DNA from: an uncultured Burkholderiaceae bacterium
GTDB lineage: Bacteria; Pseudomonadota; Gammaproteobacteria; Burkholderiales; Burkholderiaceae_C
Assembly: GCA_964485285.1 (NCBI GenBank)
Contig: CAZAIW010000001.1
Span: forward strand, 306-45,097
Reading direction: 5' to 3'
DNA: 44,792 nt
Part shown: piece after piece, positions 13,230-20,966 of the stretch
How positions within the stretch are numbered: position 1 is the first letter of the stretch
Layout of the letters: every line of letters starts with the position of its first letter
Program-made: the position numbers and the translations under genes
The notes under the pieces: generated by a model
Seen by the model: the letters and a program-made list of their open reading frames with translations, nothing else
What the model was told of the DNA's origin: nothing
Databases searched by the model: none

Positions 13230-14104
13230 AGCACAAGCTCGCGCTCTACCTCGACCTGATCCGCTGGGATCGCCCCGTGGGTTGGTTGCTGCCGCTGTGG
13301 CCCTCATTGGCAGCGCTATGGATCGCGTCCCAGCAAATCGGGCAGTCGCTGCCCTCGCTGCATCTGCTAGTGGTGTTTACGCTGGGCACATTCTTGATGC
13401 GTAGCGCGGGCTGCTGCGTGAACGATGCGGCCGATCAAGATTTTGACAAACACGTCAAGCGCACCGCGCATCGCCCGGTGACGAGCGGTGCGCTCTCGCA
13501 GCGCGAAGCGGTGTTAGTCGGTGCAGTGCTGGCATTGGCTGCGTTTTTGTTGGTGCTCACGACGAACGCGGCCACCATTCTTTGGTCGTTCGCGGCGCTG
13601 GCCATCGCCATTGCCTATCCCTTTGCCAAACGCCTGATCGCTATGCCACAAGCCGTACTGGGCGTGGCTTTTAGCTTTGGTATCCCCATGGCGTTTGCGG
13701 CTGTGCAAGGTCATGTCCCCCTGCTGGCTTGGCTTTTACTGCTGGGTAATTTGTTTTGGGTGCTGGCCTACGACACCGAATACGCCATGGTCGATCGAGA
13801 CGATGACCTCACGATTGGCATCCAAACATCGGCGATTACGCTGGGACGCTTTGATGTGGTCGCCATCTTGCTCTTTTATGCCGCTTATTTAGGCATTTGG
13901 AATTGGTTGATCGCCTGTAGCCCTCACTCCATAAGGCTTGCAAGACCAGAGGCTTGGTATGCCTCTATTTTATTGGCCTGCGGGCAAGTGGCTTGGCATT
14001 TTGGCCTTATAAAAAGCCGTAGCCGAGAGGGTTGTTTCAAAGCTTTTCGCGTCAACCACTGGCTAGGCTTTACCTTGTTTGCAGGTGTGGCGTTAGCGCT
14101 TTAG
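13226..14104 (+). CDS. ubiA: 4-hydroxybenzoate octaprenyltransferase
   Basis: Carries [22 protein letters not shown] and the prenyltransferase Asp-rich motifs [19 protein letters not shown] and [16 protein letters not shown] 13226 forms an ATGA overlap with the oxyR stop; in-frame ATG 13211 is an alternative start. Confidence 0.9.
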   Translation: MKHKLALYLDLIRWDRPVGWLLPLWPSLAALWIASQQIGQSLPSLHLLVVFTLGTFLMRSAGCCVNDAADQDFDKHVKRTAHRPVTSGALSQREAVLVGAVLALAAFLLVLTTNAATILWSFAALAIAIAYPFAKRLIAMPQAVLGVAFSFGIPMAFAAVQGHVPLLAWLLLLGNLFWVLAYDTEYAMVDRDDDLTIGIQTSAITLGRFDVVAILLFYAAYLGIWNWLIACSPHSIRLARPEAWYASILLACGQVAWHFGLIKSRSREGCFKAFRVNHWLGFTLFAGVALAL

Positions 14105-14123
14105 ACCTGCTGTTGCTTGGGCT

Positions 14124-14447
14124 TTAATGAACCATGATGGGCGTGGCCGCTAGGGCGGCGTAGCCCTCTAGGGTGGACTCAATCTCTTCCACGCTGGGTG
14201 GTTTGCGCTGCCAGTTGATGAGTTTTTCCTGAAACATCTCGGCCCACGAACCATCTAAGTAGACCTCTCGACCGGAGCGCTTGTCCACAATCTCAAACCC
14301 ATCACGCAGCAGCTTGCCATTAAACGGGTCGAACTCACTAGCGGCAGGCTGGGCTTGCGGCTGCGAAAGATTGATAAACGGTTTGTCATAAGGCGGTGCA
14401 TACATGTGCAGCACGGCGTAATCTTCGGAGTCGTAAATGATTTGCAT
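14124..14447 (-). CDS. DUF3567-like conserved betaproteobacterial protein
   Basis: A 107-aa ORF starting MQIIYDSEDYAVLHM. From memory, this N-terminus and its pairing with a DUF3108 gene fit DUF3567. The family assignment needs an HMM search. Confidence 0.5.
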   Translation of the reverse strand: MQIIYDSEDYAVLHMYAPPYDKPFINLSQPQAQPAASEFDPFNGKLLRDGFEIVDKRSGREVYLDGSWAEMFQEKLINWQRKPPSVEEIESTLEGYAALAATPIMVH

Positions 14448-14473
14448 CGCTTGATTCTATGCTGGCAAGGCGC

Positions 14474-15574
14474 TCACTCTTGCCCGGTTAGCTGCGCATC
14501 CACCACACCGCCAGCGGCATCGGTCAACCGTATCCGCACCGGCATGTAGGCGTAGCTGGGCGCAAACCACGCCTCAACCGTTGTGTCAAATGTTTTTCTG
14601 GGTCGGCGCATCAAGCGAATGGCCGGGACGGAGCCGACAGGCAGCGCCAGCACTTCGCTGCCTTGCACTTCAAATGTCCACAGCTCTAGCTCGTCAACAC
14701 TGGCCACGGGCAGGGCGATGCTCACACCCGTTTGAAACCGATCGGGTTGCCCGGCCAGCCAGCTGGCAAGCTGGATCAAAAAACTCACCCGGTCTTGTGT
14801 GCCATCGGGCAGCTTGGCTTCAGGCTTGTTGTTGGAGAAGGTCAGCACATTTTTTCCAACATCAAAGTGCGTAGCTTGCTCCGATTTGTTGCGTCGCTTC
14901 TCTGCAAATCGAGTCGGCGCAAGCCCCGCAAACTGGATCACGCCAACGCTGCTTTGTTTGGCAATCGATAACGAAAAGTACGTCATCTCATAACTCAACT
15001 CATACGCGCTAAGGCTCTGTGCGTCTAGGGCTTTGGTTGGGCGCCAGGTGAGGATCGCTCTGGCACTGTCTTGCGCTGTGCTCACCCCATAACGCAAGAC
15101 CACAGGCGCGGGAGTCAGGGTCTTGAGTTCGCGCGCAGCAAGGAGCGGCTTGTTTGCAGTTGGCGCTAGCTCCACCGTCTCTGGCAAAGCCTGCGGGGTC
15201 GTGGCTTGGGCTTGCGCCGTTTCGATTCGTGCCGACTCAGATACGGACTCTGAAAGCGCCCCGGGCAGCACCCCAAGAGTTGCTGCCACGTCGTTGGCGG
15301 GTGCTGCCTCGGGGACAGGAGCCGACTTGGGCAGCGCCTGCGGCGGCAAAGGTTTGGGGGGCTGCGAAGGTTTGAATGGTTGAGCGGCAGCTTGCTCGCT
15401 AGGGGGCAAGAGCGCCACGTCCAACGAAGACTCGGCCTGCGCCGCCAGCCGGTTGAGCGTTAACGACGCATTGAGTCCCATGATGAGCAGCACATGCAGC
15501 AACGCCACAACCAGCCACAAGCGCCAACGGATGCGTCGCTCGCCACTAAAATCATTCTTACTCTGGCTCGTCAT
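14474..15574 (-). CDS. DUF3108-like protein with N-terminal TM anchor and Pro-rich linker
   Basis: Starts MTSQSKNDF... at ATG 15574 (AAGAGG upstream). Has a TM helix WRLWLVVALLHVLLIMGL, a proline-rich stretch PSQPPKPLPPQALPKSAPVP and a beta-rich C-terminal domain. The family call is from memory of this architecture. Confidence 0.5.
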   Translation of the reverse strand: MTSQSKNDFSGERRIRWRLWLVVALLHVLLIMGLNASLTLNRLAAQAESSLDVALLPPSEQAAAQPFKPSQPPKPLPPQALPKSAPVPEAAPANDVAATLGVLPGALSESVSESARIETAQAQATTPQALPETVELAPTANKPLLAARELKTLTPAPVVLRYGVSTAQDSARAILTWRPTKALDAQSLSAYELSYEMTYFSLSIAKQSSVGVIQFAGLAPTRFAEKRRNKSEQATHFDVGKNVLTFSNNKPEAKLPDGTQDRVSFLIQLASWLAGQPDRFQTGVSIALPVASVDELELWTFEVQGSEVLALPVGSVPAIRLMRRPRKTFDTTVEAWFAPSYAYMPVRIRLTDAAGGVVDAQLTGQE

Positions 15575-15623
15575 GCCTGCCGCACCTCTTTTGTTTGCCC
15601 TACTGATCACCCCACAACCCACC

Positions 15624-16136
15624 ATGAAACTTGCCACCTACCAAGACGGCTCCAAAGACGGCCAACTGGTCGTCGTCTCACGCGATTTGACTTTGGCGCA
15701 TTATGCGACGGGCATCTGCCAAACCATGCAACAGCTGCTCGATGATTGGAATTTTTTAAGCCCTCAACTGCAAGATGTCTACGATGCCATCAACCAAAAC
15801 GCGGGACACAACCACGTGCGGCACGCCTTTCCATTTGACCCCGAGCGCTGCATGGCACCTTTACCGCGTATCTACCAATGGGCTTTGCAAGAGGGCAAAA
15901 AAATCGTCCCGCAACCGGGCGGTGATGGTTTTGCTTGCCAGCCCCACTTAGCCATTCACGCCGACACGCCACTGGCGTTTTTAACAGAGTCTGCGCCGCA
16001 CGCCGCCTCGCAGGCGCAACTGCGCGATAGCCTACGCTTGGCGCTTCATTTTGCGCCGCCCAGCGATACCAGCTCACTTCAATTTGCACCGGTGGCCATG
16101 ACGCTTGATGAGTTGGGCGATAAGGGCTTGATGTGA
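15624..16136 (+). CDS. fumarylacetoacetate hydrolase (FAH)-family relic: conserved N-terminal part only (170 aa), probably non-functional
   Basis: The N-terminus MKLATYQDGSKDGQLVVVSRDL...DDWNFLSPQLQD...RHAFPFDPERCMAPLPRIYQWA matches the roughly 330-aa FAH-family proteins of Burkholderiales as I recall them. The sequence then diverges and stops right after ...APVAMTLDELGDKGLM. The catalytic C-terminal half is missing. Confidence 0.5.
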   Translation: MKLATYQDGSKDGQLVVVSRDLTLAHYATGICQTMQQLLDDWNFLSPQLQDVYDAINQNAGHNHVRHAFPFDPERCMAPLPRIYQWALQEGKKIVPQPGGDGFACQPHLAIHADTPLAFLTESAPHAASQAQLRDSLRLALHFAPPSDTSSLQFAPVAMTLDELGDKGLM

Positions 16137-16672
16137 CCGAAATTGAGCAAACCAAACACTGGGTTGAGCGTGCCGTCATCGGTCTTAACTTATGCCCTTT
16201 TGCCAAAGCGCCACAGGTCAAAGGCCTCGTGCGGTACGTGCTCTTCAAAGGCAGAAAAACGGATGGTCTCCTCAAAGCACTCACCGAGCAACTGACGTAC
16301 TTGGACAGCACACCGTCCGAAATTTGCGAGACGATTTTGCTCATTCACCCCAAGGTGCTGGGCGACTTTCTGGATTACAACGACTTCTTAGACGATGCCG
16401 ACCAATTGCTGGAGCGCTTAGGGCTCGATGGTGTCTTCCAAATTGCCAGCTTCCACCCCGATTACCAATTTGCCGATGCCGATGCAAACGACATCAGCAA
16501 CTTGACCAATCGCAGCCCGTACCCGATGCTGCACTTGATCCGCGAAGCCAGTATCGATCAGGCTTTGCAAGGAGAGAATGACCCGCAAGCGGCATCGGAT
16601 GAAATTGTGGCGCGCAACCAAGCCACGCTGCGCCGACTGGGACGCGCAGGCTGGGACAAACTATGGACGTAG
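16133..16672 (+). CDS. DUF1415 family protein
   Basis: WVERAVIGLNLCPFAKAP and FHPDYQFAD match my recollection of DUF1415. The GTG start overlaps the preceding stop codon (GTGA). Confidence 0.6.
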   Translation: MTEIEQTKHWVERAVIGLNLCPFAKAPQVKGLVRYVLFKGRKTDGLLKALTEQLTYLDSTPSEICETILLIHPKVLGDFLDYNDFLDDADQLLERLGLDGVFQIASFHPDYQFADADANDISNLTNRSPYPMLHLIREASIDQALQGENDPQAASDEIVARNQATLRRLGRAGWDKLWT

Positions 16673-17583
16673 ACCGCACCAGCGCCGATCACAAATACCT
16701 ACCCACCGAAGCGCAGTCGGTGGAGCTGCTCAAGGAGCTGCATATCCTCACGCGGGAGGGTAAGCTCAACCAAGACACACGCCGCAAGCTCAAGCAGGTG
16801 CAGCACTTATTGGGATTTATCGAGCCACTCATCCGCACGAATCCTCACCAGGCCACGCATATCGTTGATCACGGCGCAGGCAAATCCTATCTTGGTTTTT
16901 TACTCTACGACAGCTACTTCAAAGCGGGGCTTCCCCACCCAGCCCCCGGCACGGTCACGGGCGTTGAGGCACGCACGGAGCTGGTAGAGCGCTCCCAAGC
17001 ACTAGCCCAGCGGCTAGGCTTTGATGGGATGCAATTTTTAAATACCTCGGTCTCTAAAGCCACTCGCGCGGCTGCACTGCCTGCGCGTATCGACATCGTT
17101 ACAGCGCTGCACGCCTGCGATACCGCTACCGATGATGCCATCTCGTTTGGTCTTGCCCACAACGCACAGCACATGGTGCTGGTGCCTTGCTGTCAAGCGG
17201 AACTAGCGGCCTACCTGCGGGGCCAAGCTTCGCGCCCAGCGACTTTAAAAAATAATCCACTGGCCGAACTGTGGCGCAGACCGCTTCACACACGTGAATT
17301 TGGCAGTCAACTCACCAACGTGCTGCGCTGTTTATGGTTGGAATCGGCCGGCTACAAAGTCACCGTGACCGAGCTCGTAGGCTGGGAACACTCGATGAAA
17401 AACGAGCTGATTGTGGCCAGTCAAACAAGGCGCTCTCCCGCAGGGCAAGCGCAGCAAGGCGTACAGGGCATGCAGGCTAGAGAGTCAAGCAGGGAGAGGC
17501 TTGCAGCGCTGCTTGCCCTTGCAGGACTGGATGAAGTCAGCGCCATACGCCAGCGCTACCTAGCAACTCCGCCAGGGGTTTAG
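16663..17583 (+). CDS. class I SAM-dependent methyltransferase (Methyltransf_32-like)
   Basis: Has the SAM-binding motif I VDHGAGKSYLGF and the downstream segment DIVTALHACDTATDDAI. Overlaps the DUF1415 stop by 10 nt. Confidence 0.65.
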   Translation: MDVDRTSADHKYLPTEAQSVELLKELHILTREGKLNQDTRRKLKQVQHLLGFIEPLIRTNPHQATHIVDHGAGKSYLGFLLYDSYFKAGLPHPAPGTVTGVEARTELVERSQALAQRLGFDGMQFLNTSVSKATRAAALPARIDIVTALHACDTATDDAISFGLAHNAQHMVLVPCCQAELAAYLRGQASRPATLKNNPLAELWRRPLHTREFGSQLTNVLRCLWLESAGYKVTVTELVGWEHSMKNELIVASQTRRSPAGQAQQGVQGMQARESSRERLAALLALAGLDEVSAIRQRYLATPPGV

Positions 17584-18031
17584 CAGCGGCGGTGCCCACC
17601 GCTTCTTCAAGTTTTGGTAGTAACGCACGAAAATCTTCTAGGCTGCTAGCGGCTTCTACCGCCAAGTTCAATCGAAAGCCGCGCAAACCCAGTTTCGCTG
17701 TCATGGCAGTTGCAAGGCGATGCGCCTCGACCAGAGCTGTTGCGTTAGGGGATGGGGGGACGAACGAATGCCCTTCGCCCTGCGGTGCAGCCTCCTCAAG
17801 GGCAGCACCGTGCGAACCCGCCAAAGCACCCGCAACAGGCTCAATGAAGCCTTGCTGCTCCATTTGCTGCAAATCGGACAAGGTCACGCCGTGCGACGCA
17901 CATGCGGTAACAATGTCCGCCGCATCATGCGAACCATCGCACATCAAAAATGGAAAGTGAAATTTGCGGGGCATGAGTTCAGAGCGCTCTTTCAGCGCCT
18001 GTCGCCCCGCAGCCGTCTTAACGTAAATCAT
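17537..18031 (-). CDS. hypothetical protein (164 aa)
   Basis: ORF starting MIYVKTAAGRQALKERSELMPRKFHFPFLMCDG, with no motif I can name. Its 3' end overlaps the convergent methyltransferase gene by 47 nt. Confidence 0.45.
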   Translation of the reverse strand: MIYVKTAAGRQALKERSELMPRKFHFPFLMCDGSHDAADIVTACASHGVTLSDLQQMEQQGFIEPVAGALAGSHGAALEEAAPQGEGHSFVPPSPNATALVEAHRLATAMTAKLGLRGFRLNLAVEAASSLEDFRALLPKLEEAVGTAAAKPLAELLGSAGVWR

Positions 18032-18112
18032 GGTGGCAGCATAACCGCTGCGTACCGATCAGGTCAAGCGGCGAGACCCCCCTATAGCGGGGTGCTAGGT
18101 TTTTTTAAACGC

Positions 18113-18307
18113 TTAGGGCTTGGTCGCAGAAGCGGCCGCAGCCGCAGCCGATGCAGCAGGGGCTGGTGGAGTGGCGGCTTTAGGTGCAGCCTCGTGTGTC
18201 TCTACACCGTGTTTTTCACCGCCCATATCCAAATTGCCGCCGCCTTTGGTCAGCAAATACATGGCCGCTGCCGCAAGAATAACAAATCCAATGATGAGTT
18301 TGATCAT
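18113..18307 (-). CDS. small membrane protein (64 aa)
   Basis: Starts MIKLIIGFVILAAAAMYLLTKGG (one TM helix) and has an Ala/Pro-rich tail. ATG 18307 is used; the longer track ORF would run through the terminator hairpin. Confidence 0.4.
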   Translation of the reverse strand: MIKLIIGFVILAAAAMYLLTKGGGNLDMGGEKHGVETHEAAPKAATPPAPAASAAAAAASATKP

Positions 18308-18344
18308 GATAAATTTCCGTTGAAATAAAAAAATACTTGCCGTT

Positions 18345-18377
18345 AAAAAGCCCCTCACAGCGAGAACCATGAGGGGC
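18345..18377 (-). terminator. Rho-independent terminator downstream of the MFS gene
   Basis: On the minus strand: GCCCCUCA-(12-nt loop)-UGAGGGGC, a perfect 8-bp GC-rich stem, followed by UUUUU. It begins about 20 nt after the MFS stop codon. Confidence 0.7.
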
Positions 18378-18398
18378 TACGCTTATCGAAAGAAGCGA

Positions 18399-20072
18399 TT
18401 AGTCGTTGGCGTAAATATCCACGTCTTTGGTTTCCTTGATAAAGAGCAGGCCGATCACAAACGTGCCAGTCGCCACAATCACGGGATACCACAAGCCGTA
18501 GAAGATGTCACCGGTTGCCGCCACCATCGCAAACGCGATAGGAGGCAAGAGTCCACCAAACCAGCCGTTACCAATGTGATAAGGCAAGCTCATCGAGGTG
18601 TAACGAATGCGGGTTGGGAACATCTCCACGAGCATCGCGGCAATAGGCCCGTACACCATGGTGACCAAAATCACGAGGAACACCAGCAAGGCCAACACCA
18701 TGCCTTTATTCATCGCAGCGTCGTCCGCTTTAGCTTGCAAGCCTTTTGCTTTCGCTTCGTCGCCAACAGCCTTCTTGAACTCGGCAATGGCTTTAGCGCT
18801 TTCAGCGCTGAAGCCGTGTTTTTGCTCATTCAATGTCGCGTTAAAAGCCGTGAACTCTTTATCGCCAATTTTGATGCTAGCCATCGTGCCTGCAGGTGCT
18901 TGAATGTTTTTGTAGGGCACATAGATTTCAGCCAATGTACGCTTCGCAATGTCGCAAGACGTTGTGAAATCGATAGGACGGGCAATCGGGCTACCTTGGA
19001 AGGAGCACTGTGCAGGATCAGCCGTTACGCTCACCGATACGGTCTGCTGAGCCTTGACTAACGCTGGGTTAGCAGCTTCCAGCATTTTGGGGAACACAGT
19101 GAAGTACGTCAAAGCGGCAATCAAGCATCCGCCCAAAATAATGGGTTTGCGACCAATTTTGTCGGAAAGCGCACCAAAGAAGACGAAGAACGGTGTACCA
19201 ATGATGAGCGACGCGGCAATTAACAAGTTCGCCGTCGTGTTGTCAACTTTCGCGATGGTCGAGAGGAAGAACAGCGCGTAGAACTGGCCGGTGTACCACA
19301 CCACAGCCTGACCTGCCGTCAAACCGAGCAAAGCCAAAATCACGATCTTGAGGTTCTTCCACTCACCAAACGACTCAGACAGTGGTGATTTAGAAGTTTT
19401 GCCTTCTGCTTTCATTTTTTGGAAAGCTGGCGACTCGTTCAATGACAAGCGAATCCACACCGAAATGCCCAAAAGAATCAAGGACACGAGGAAAGGAATG
19501 CGCCAGCCCCACACATCGAAATCTGGACCAAGTGCCTGACGGCAGATCAAAATCACAATTAAAGAAATCATGAGACCTAGCGTTGCGGTAGTCTGAATCC
19601 ACGACGTATAGGCACCGCGCTTACCCATCGGGGCATGCTCGGCCACATACGTTGCAGCGCCGCCGTACTCACCGCCTAGCGCCAAACCTTGCAGCAAGCG
19701 CAGCACGATGAGCGTCACAGGGGCAATCATGCCGATGGTGGCATAGTTTGGCAGACAGCCCACGATAAAAGTGGACAAACCCATGATCAAAATGGTCACG
19801 AGGAAGGTGTATTTACGACCAATCATGTCGCCCAAGCGACCGAAGAAGATGGCACCGAAAGGACGAACCAAGAAACCGGCAGCAAAAGCCAAGAGCGCAA
19901 AAATGTATTGTGCGCTAGGGTCTAAGCCCGAAAAAAACTGCTTACCAATAATGGCCGCCAAAGAACCATAAAGGTAAAAGTCATACCATTCAAAAACCGT
20001 ACCTAGCGACGAAGCGAAGATCACTTTCTTCTCTTCAGCCGACATCGGACGAGCTGCTTGCGCATTTGCCAT
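18399..20072 (-). CDS. MFS transporter, metabolite:H+ symporter (MHS) type, with a ~126-aa extra loop domain
   Basis: Starts MANAQAARPMSAEEKKVIFASSLGTVFEWYDFYLYG at ATG 20072 (GGGAGA upstream). Carries the MHS/sugar-transporter signatures GRLGDMIGRK and GALSDKIGRK. About 12 TM helices by eye, with a soluble insertion between TM9 and TM10. Confidence 0.85.
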   Translation of the reverse strand: MANAQAARPMSAEEKKVIFASSLGTVFEWYDFYLYGSLAAIIGKQFFSGLDPSAQYIFALLAFAAGFLVRPFGAIFFGRLGDMIGRKYTFLVTILIMGLSTFIVGCLPNYATIGMIAPVTLIVLRLLQGLALGGEYGGAATYVAEHAPMGKRGAYTSWIQTTATLGLMISLIVILICRQALGPDFDVWGWRIPFLVSLILLGISVWIRLSLNESPAFQKMKAEGKTSKSPLSESFGEWKNLKIVILALLGLTAGQAVVWYTGQFYALFFLSTIAKVDNTTANLLIAASLIIGTPFFVFFGALSDKIGRKPIILGGCLIAALTYFTVFPKMLEAANPALVKAQQTVSVSVTADPAQCSFQGSPIARPIDFTTSCDIAKRTLAEIYVPYKNIQAPAGTMASIKIGDKEFTAFNATLNEQKHGFSAESAKAIAEFKKAVGDEAKAKGLQAKADDAAMNKGMVLALLVFLVILVTMVYGPIAAMLVEMFPTRIRYTSMSLPYHIGNGWFGGLLPPIAFAMVAATGDIFYGLWYPVIVATGTFVIGLLFIKETKDVDIYAND

Positions 20073-20184
20073 AAGAGTCTCCCAAACTAGAGTGCTAAAA
20101 AAATCCAAAGATCGCCATGTATTCCCAACAGAGAACCACGACTTGGTAGCGACTGTGTTCGCTTGCGCTGACAAAGCGCTGACT

Positions 20185-20218
20185 CAAACAAAACCAACAC
20201 CCTAGGAGTTACCCTAGG
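20185..20218 (-). terminator. possible intrinsic terminator after the PhaM-like gene
   Basis: On the minus strand: CCUAGG-guaacu-CCUAGG hairpin followed by GUGUUGGUUUUGUUUG. The stem is short (6 bp), so confidence is low. Confidence 0.3.
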
Positions 20219-20238
20219 TTAGCGCTCAGACCCAGCGC

Positions 20239-20655
20239 TTATCGTTTACGGCTTGCGGGCTTGCTTGTGCTAGCTGAAGCCTGATGGGGCGTGGCCTGCG
20301 CAGCGTTCTTCATGCTATCGCCCATGCTTTTAAGCGTCTCCAGCGTCATCTTTTGTACTTCCAGCGCTTGTACCGAGGCTTTGAGCGCATTGGCGTTTTG
20401 ATCCAGCCAAAAAAGTACCGTTTTCAACTCATTGATGCGTTTTTCAAGCTCCGCAGGATCGACCGTAGGCATCGCCCAAGCAGGCATCCCAGGGATATTG
20501 GGCATCGCGCCCAAGCCCATGGCGGACGCCGCCGCCGAAACACCCTCGCCAAGACCACTATTGGAGGCCATGGTTTTGGTGAACTGCTGCATAAACTCAA
20601 TGCCCGCAGTGAAGGGGTTAAAAGCTGCTTCGGTGGATGTGGTTGAGGTGGTCAT
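20239..20655 (-). CDS. PhaM-family PHA-granule regulatory protein-like
   Basis: The core AWAMPTVDPAELEKRINELKTVLFWLDQNANALKASVQALEVQKMTLETLKSM matches the PhaM-family signature as I recall it (...VEELEKRI.ELKAV.FWL.QN...L...IQALEVQKMTLATLK). The C-terminal tail is short and basic. Confidence 0.6.
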   Translation of the reverse strand: MTTSTTSTEAAFNPFTAGIEFMQQFTKTMASNSGLGEGVSAAASAMGLGAMPNIPGMPAWAMPTVDPAELEKRINELKTVLFWLDQNANALKASVQALEVQKMTLETLKSMGDSMKNAAQATPHQASASTSKPASRKR

Positions 20656-20735
20656 GGCAATACTCCAAATGGTTGAAAATCAAGTCCCACACTCTACACC
20701 GATTTTTTAAACCGCCTGACTCGTATCCCTCGCAC

Positions 20736-20966
20736 ATGACACCTGCCGAATCTGTACAAACCCAGATCAAACAGCTAGAGACCCTGCTGGCTAAGGCCTG
20801 CAAGAGCTTTCGCGCCCCGCCACCTGCGCCGACAACGTGCTGTGGACGTGGATGCAATGGTTGCGTGTGGGAGAGTTATGACGCAGCCGCAGCTTGGTGG
20901 GTGGAGGAGGCCAACCATCGCCTCGCCCACCCCAACGACAGCGGGACTAGTGCGCTGCCGCCTTGA
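20736..20966 (+). CDS. oxidoreductase-like (Oxidored-like, CCxxGCxxCVW) small protein
   Basis: [18 protein letters not shown]...[16 protein letters not shown] matches the Oxidored-like N-terminal domain motif. The 3' end overlaps convergent glcB by 20 nt. Confidence 0.6.
   Translation: MTPAESVQTQIKQLETLLAKACKSFRAPPPAPTTCCGRGCNGCVWESYDAAAAWWVEEANHRLAHPNDSGTSALPP

Noticed and set aside
17537-17583. 47-nt convergent overlap between the methyltransferase gene and the 164-aa ORF (plus a 20-nt overlap at glcB/Oxidored-like and a 17-nt overlap at hemB/42008 ORF)
   Set aside because: Short convergent overlaps are common in compact high-GC genomes and may partly reflect unconserved C-terminal tails. 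There is no evidence of functional significance.
18077-18106. Weak hairpin (cccc-ctatagc-gggg) followed by a T7 run on the plus strand
   Set aside because: The stem is only 4-5 bp. The T-run is in terminator orientation only for the plus strand, where no gene ends nearby, so it is not a credible terminator.
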